In this document: in pieces, positions 63,976 to 64,000 of the stretch
Numbering within the stretch: the stretch's first letter is position 1
How the letters are laid out: every line of letters starts with the position of its first letter
Virus record (IMG/VR): IMGVR_UViG_3300011116_001229
From: a virus
Lineage: Duplodnaviria > Caudoviricetes
Strand: one strand, 5' to 3'
DNA: 64,000 bases
Notes under the pieces: generated by a model
Seen by the model: only the letters and a program-made list of their open reading frames with translations
What the model was told of the DNA's origin: nothing
Database searches by the model: none
Made by a program: the position numbers and the translations under genes

Positions 63976-64000
63976 ATGTCATTAACTCCTGAAGAAATCA
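63976..64000 (+). CDS. Possible start of a gene cut by the window end
   Basis: ATG TCA TTA ACT CCT GAA GAA ATC (MSLTPEEI) open to the window end; only 8 codons visible. Confidence 0.3.

Noticed and set aside
1-64000. Stop-codon reassignment as in some jumbo phages
   Set aside because: Long intact ORFs under the standard code; TAA, TGA and TAG all end genes at sensible boundaries. The TAG at 48149 is better explained by a frameshift.

Overview
A 64-kb gene-dense segment of a large contractile-tailed dsDNA bacteriophage with T4-like head genes (jumbo-phage style), standard genetic code, almost all on the + strand. In order: baseplate/fibre-type structural genes (0.4-7 kb); a DNA-processing block (gp4/TnsA-like nuclease, RuvC-like resolvase, primase, single-chain Mre11-Rad50 fusion); large terminase; portal interrupted by a 376-aa HNH intein; prohead protease, scaffold and major capsid protein; an accessory region (25.7-34.8 kb); neck/tail-completion genes; two tandem ~1000-aa tail sheaths; tail tube; a tail assembly chaperone with a likely +1 frameshift; a 2230-aa tape measure; baseplate genes; and a polymerase-domain-only family A DNA polymerase. 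The most notable accessory element is a three-gene exported cluster (lipoprotein with a CxxCH motif, Cys-rich lipoprotein, Tat-signal DUF1501-like protein) resembling myxobacterial clusters of unknown function, suggesting a myxobacterial host. Other signals: a recurring K-[IL]-[ST]-x3-L-[KR]-x-I-[IV]-x-E motif on small head-region proteins (candidate capsid-targeting signal), a recurring ATA-N-TTA upstream element (candidate late promoter), two Zn-finger/PD-(D/E)xK endonucleases placed after the capsid and tail tube genes (one with an RBS-occluding hairpin), and [ST]-G-S enrichment in outer virion proteins. All family assignments come from motifs recognised by eye; no database searches were run.
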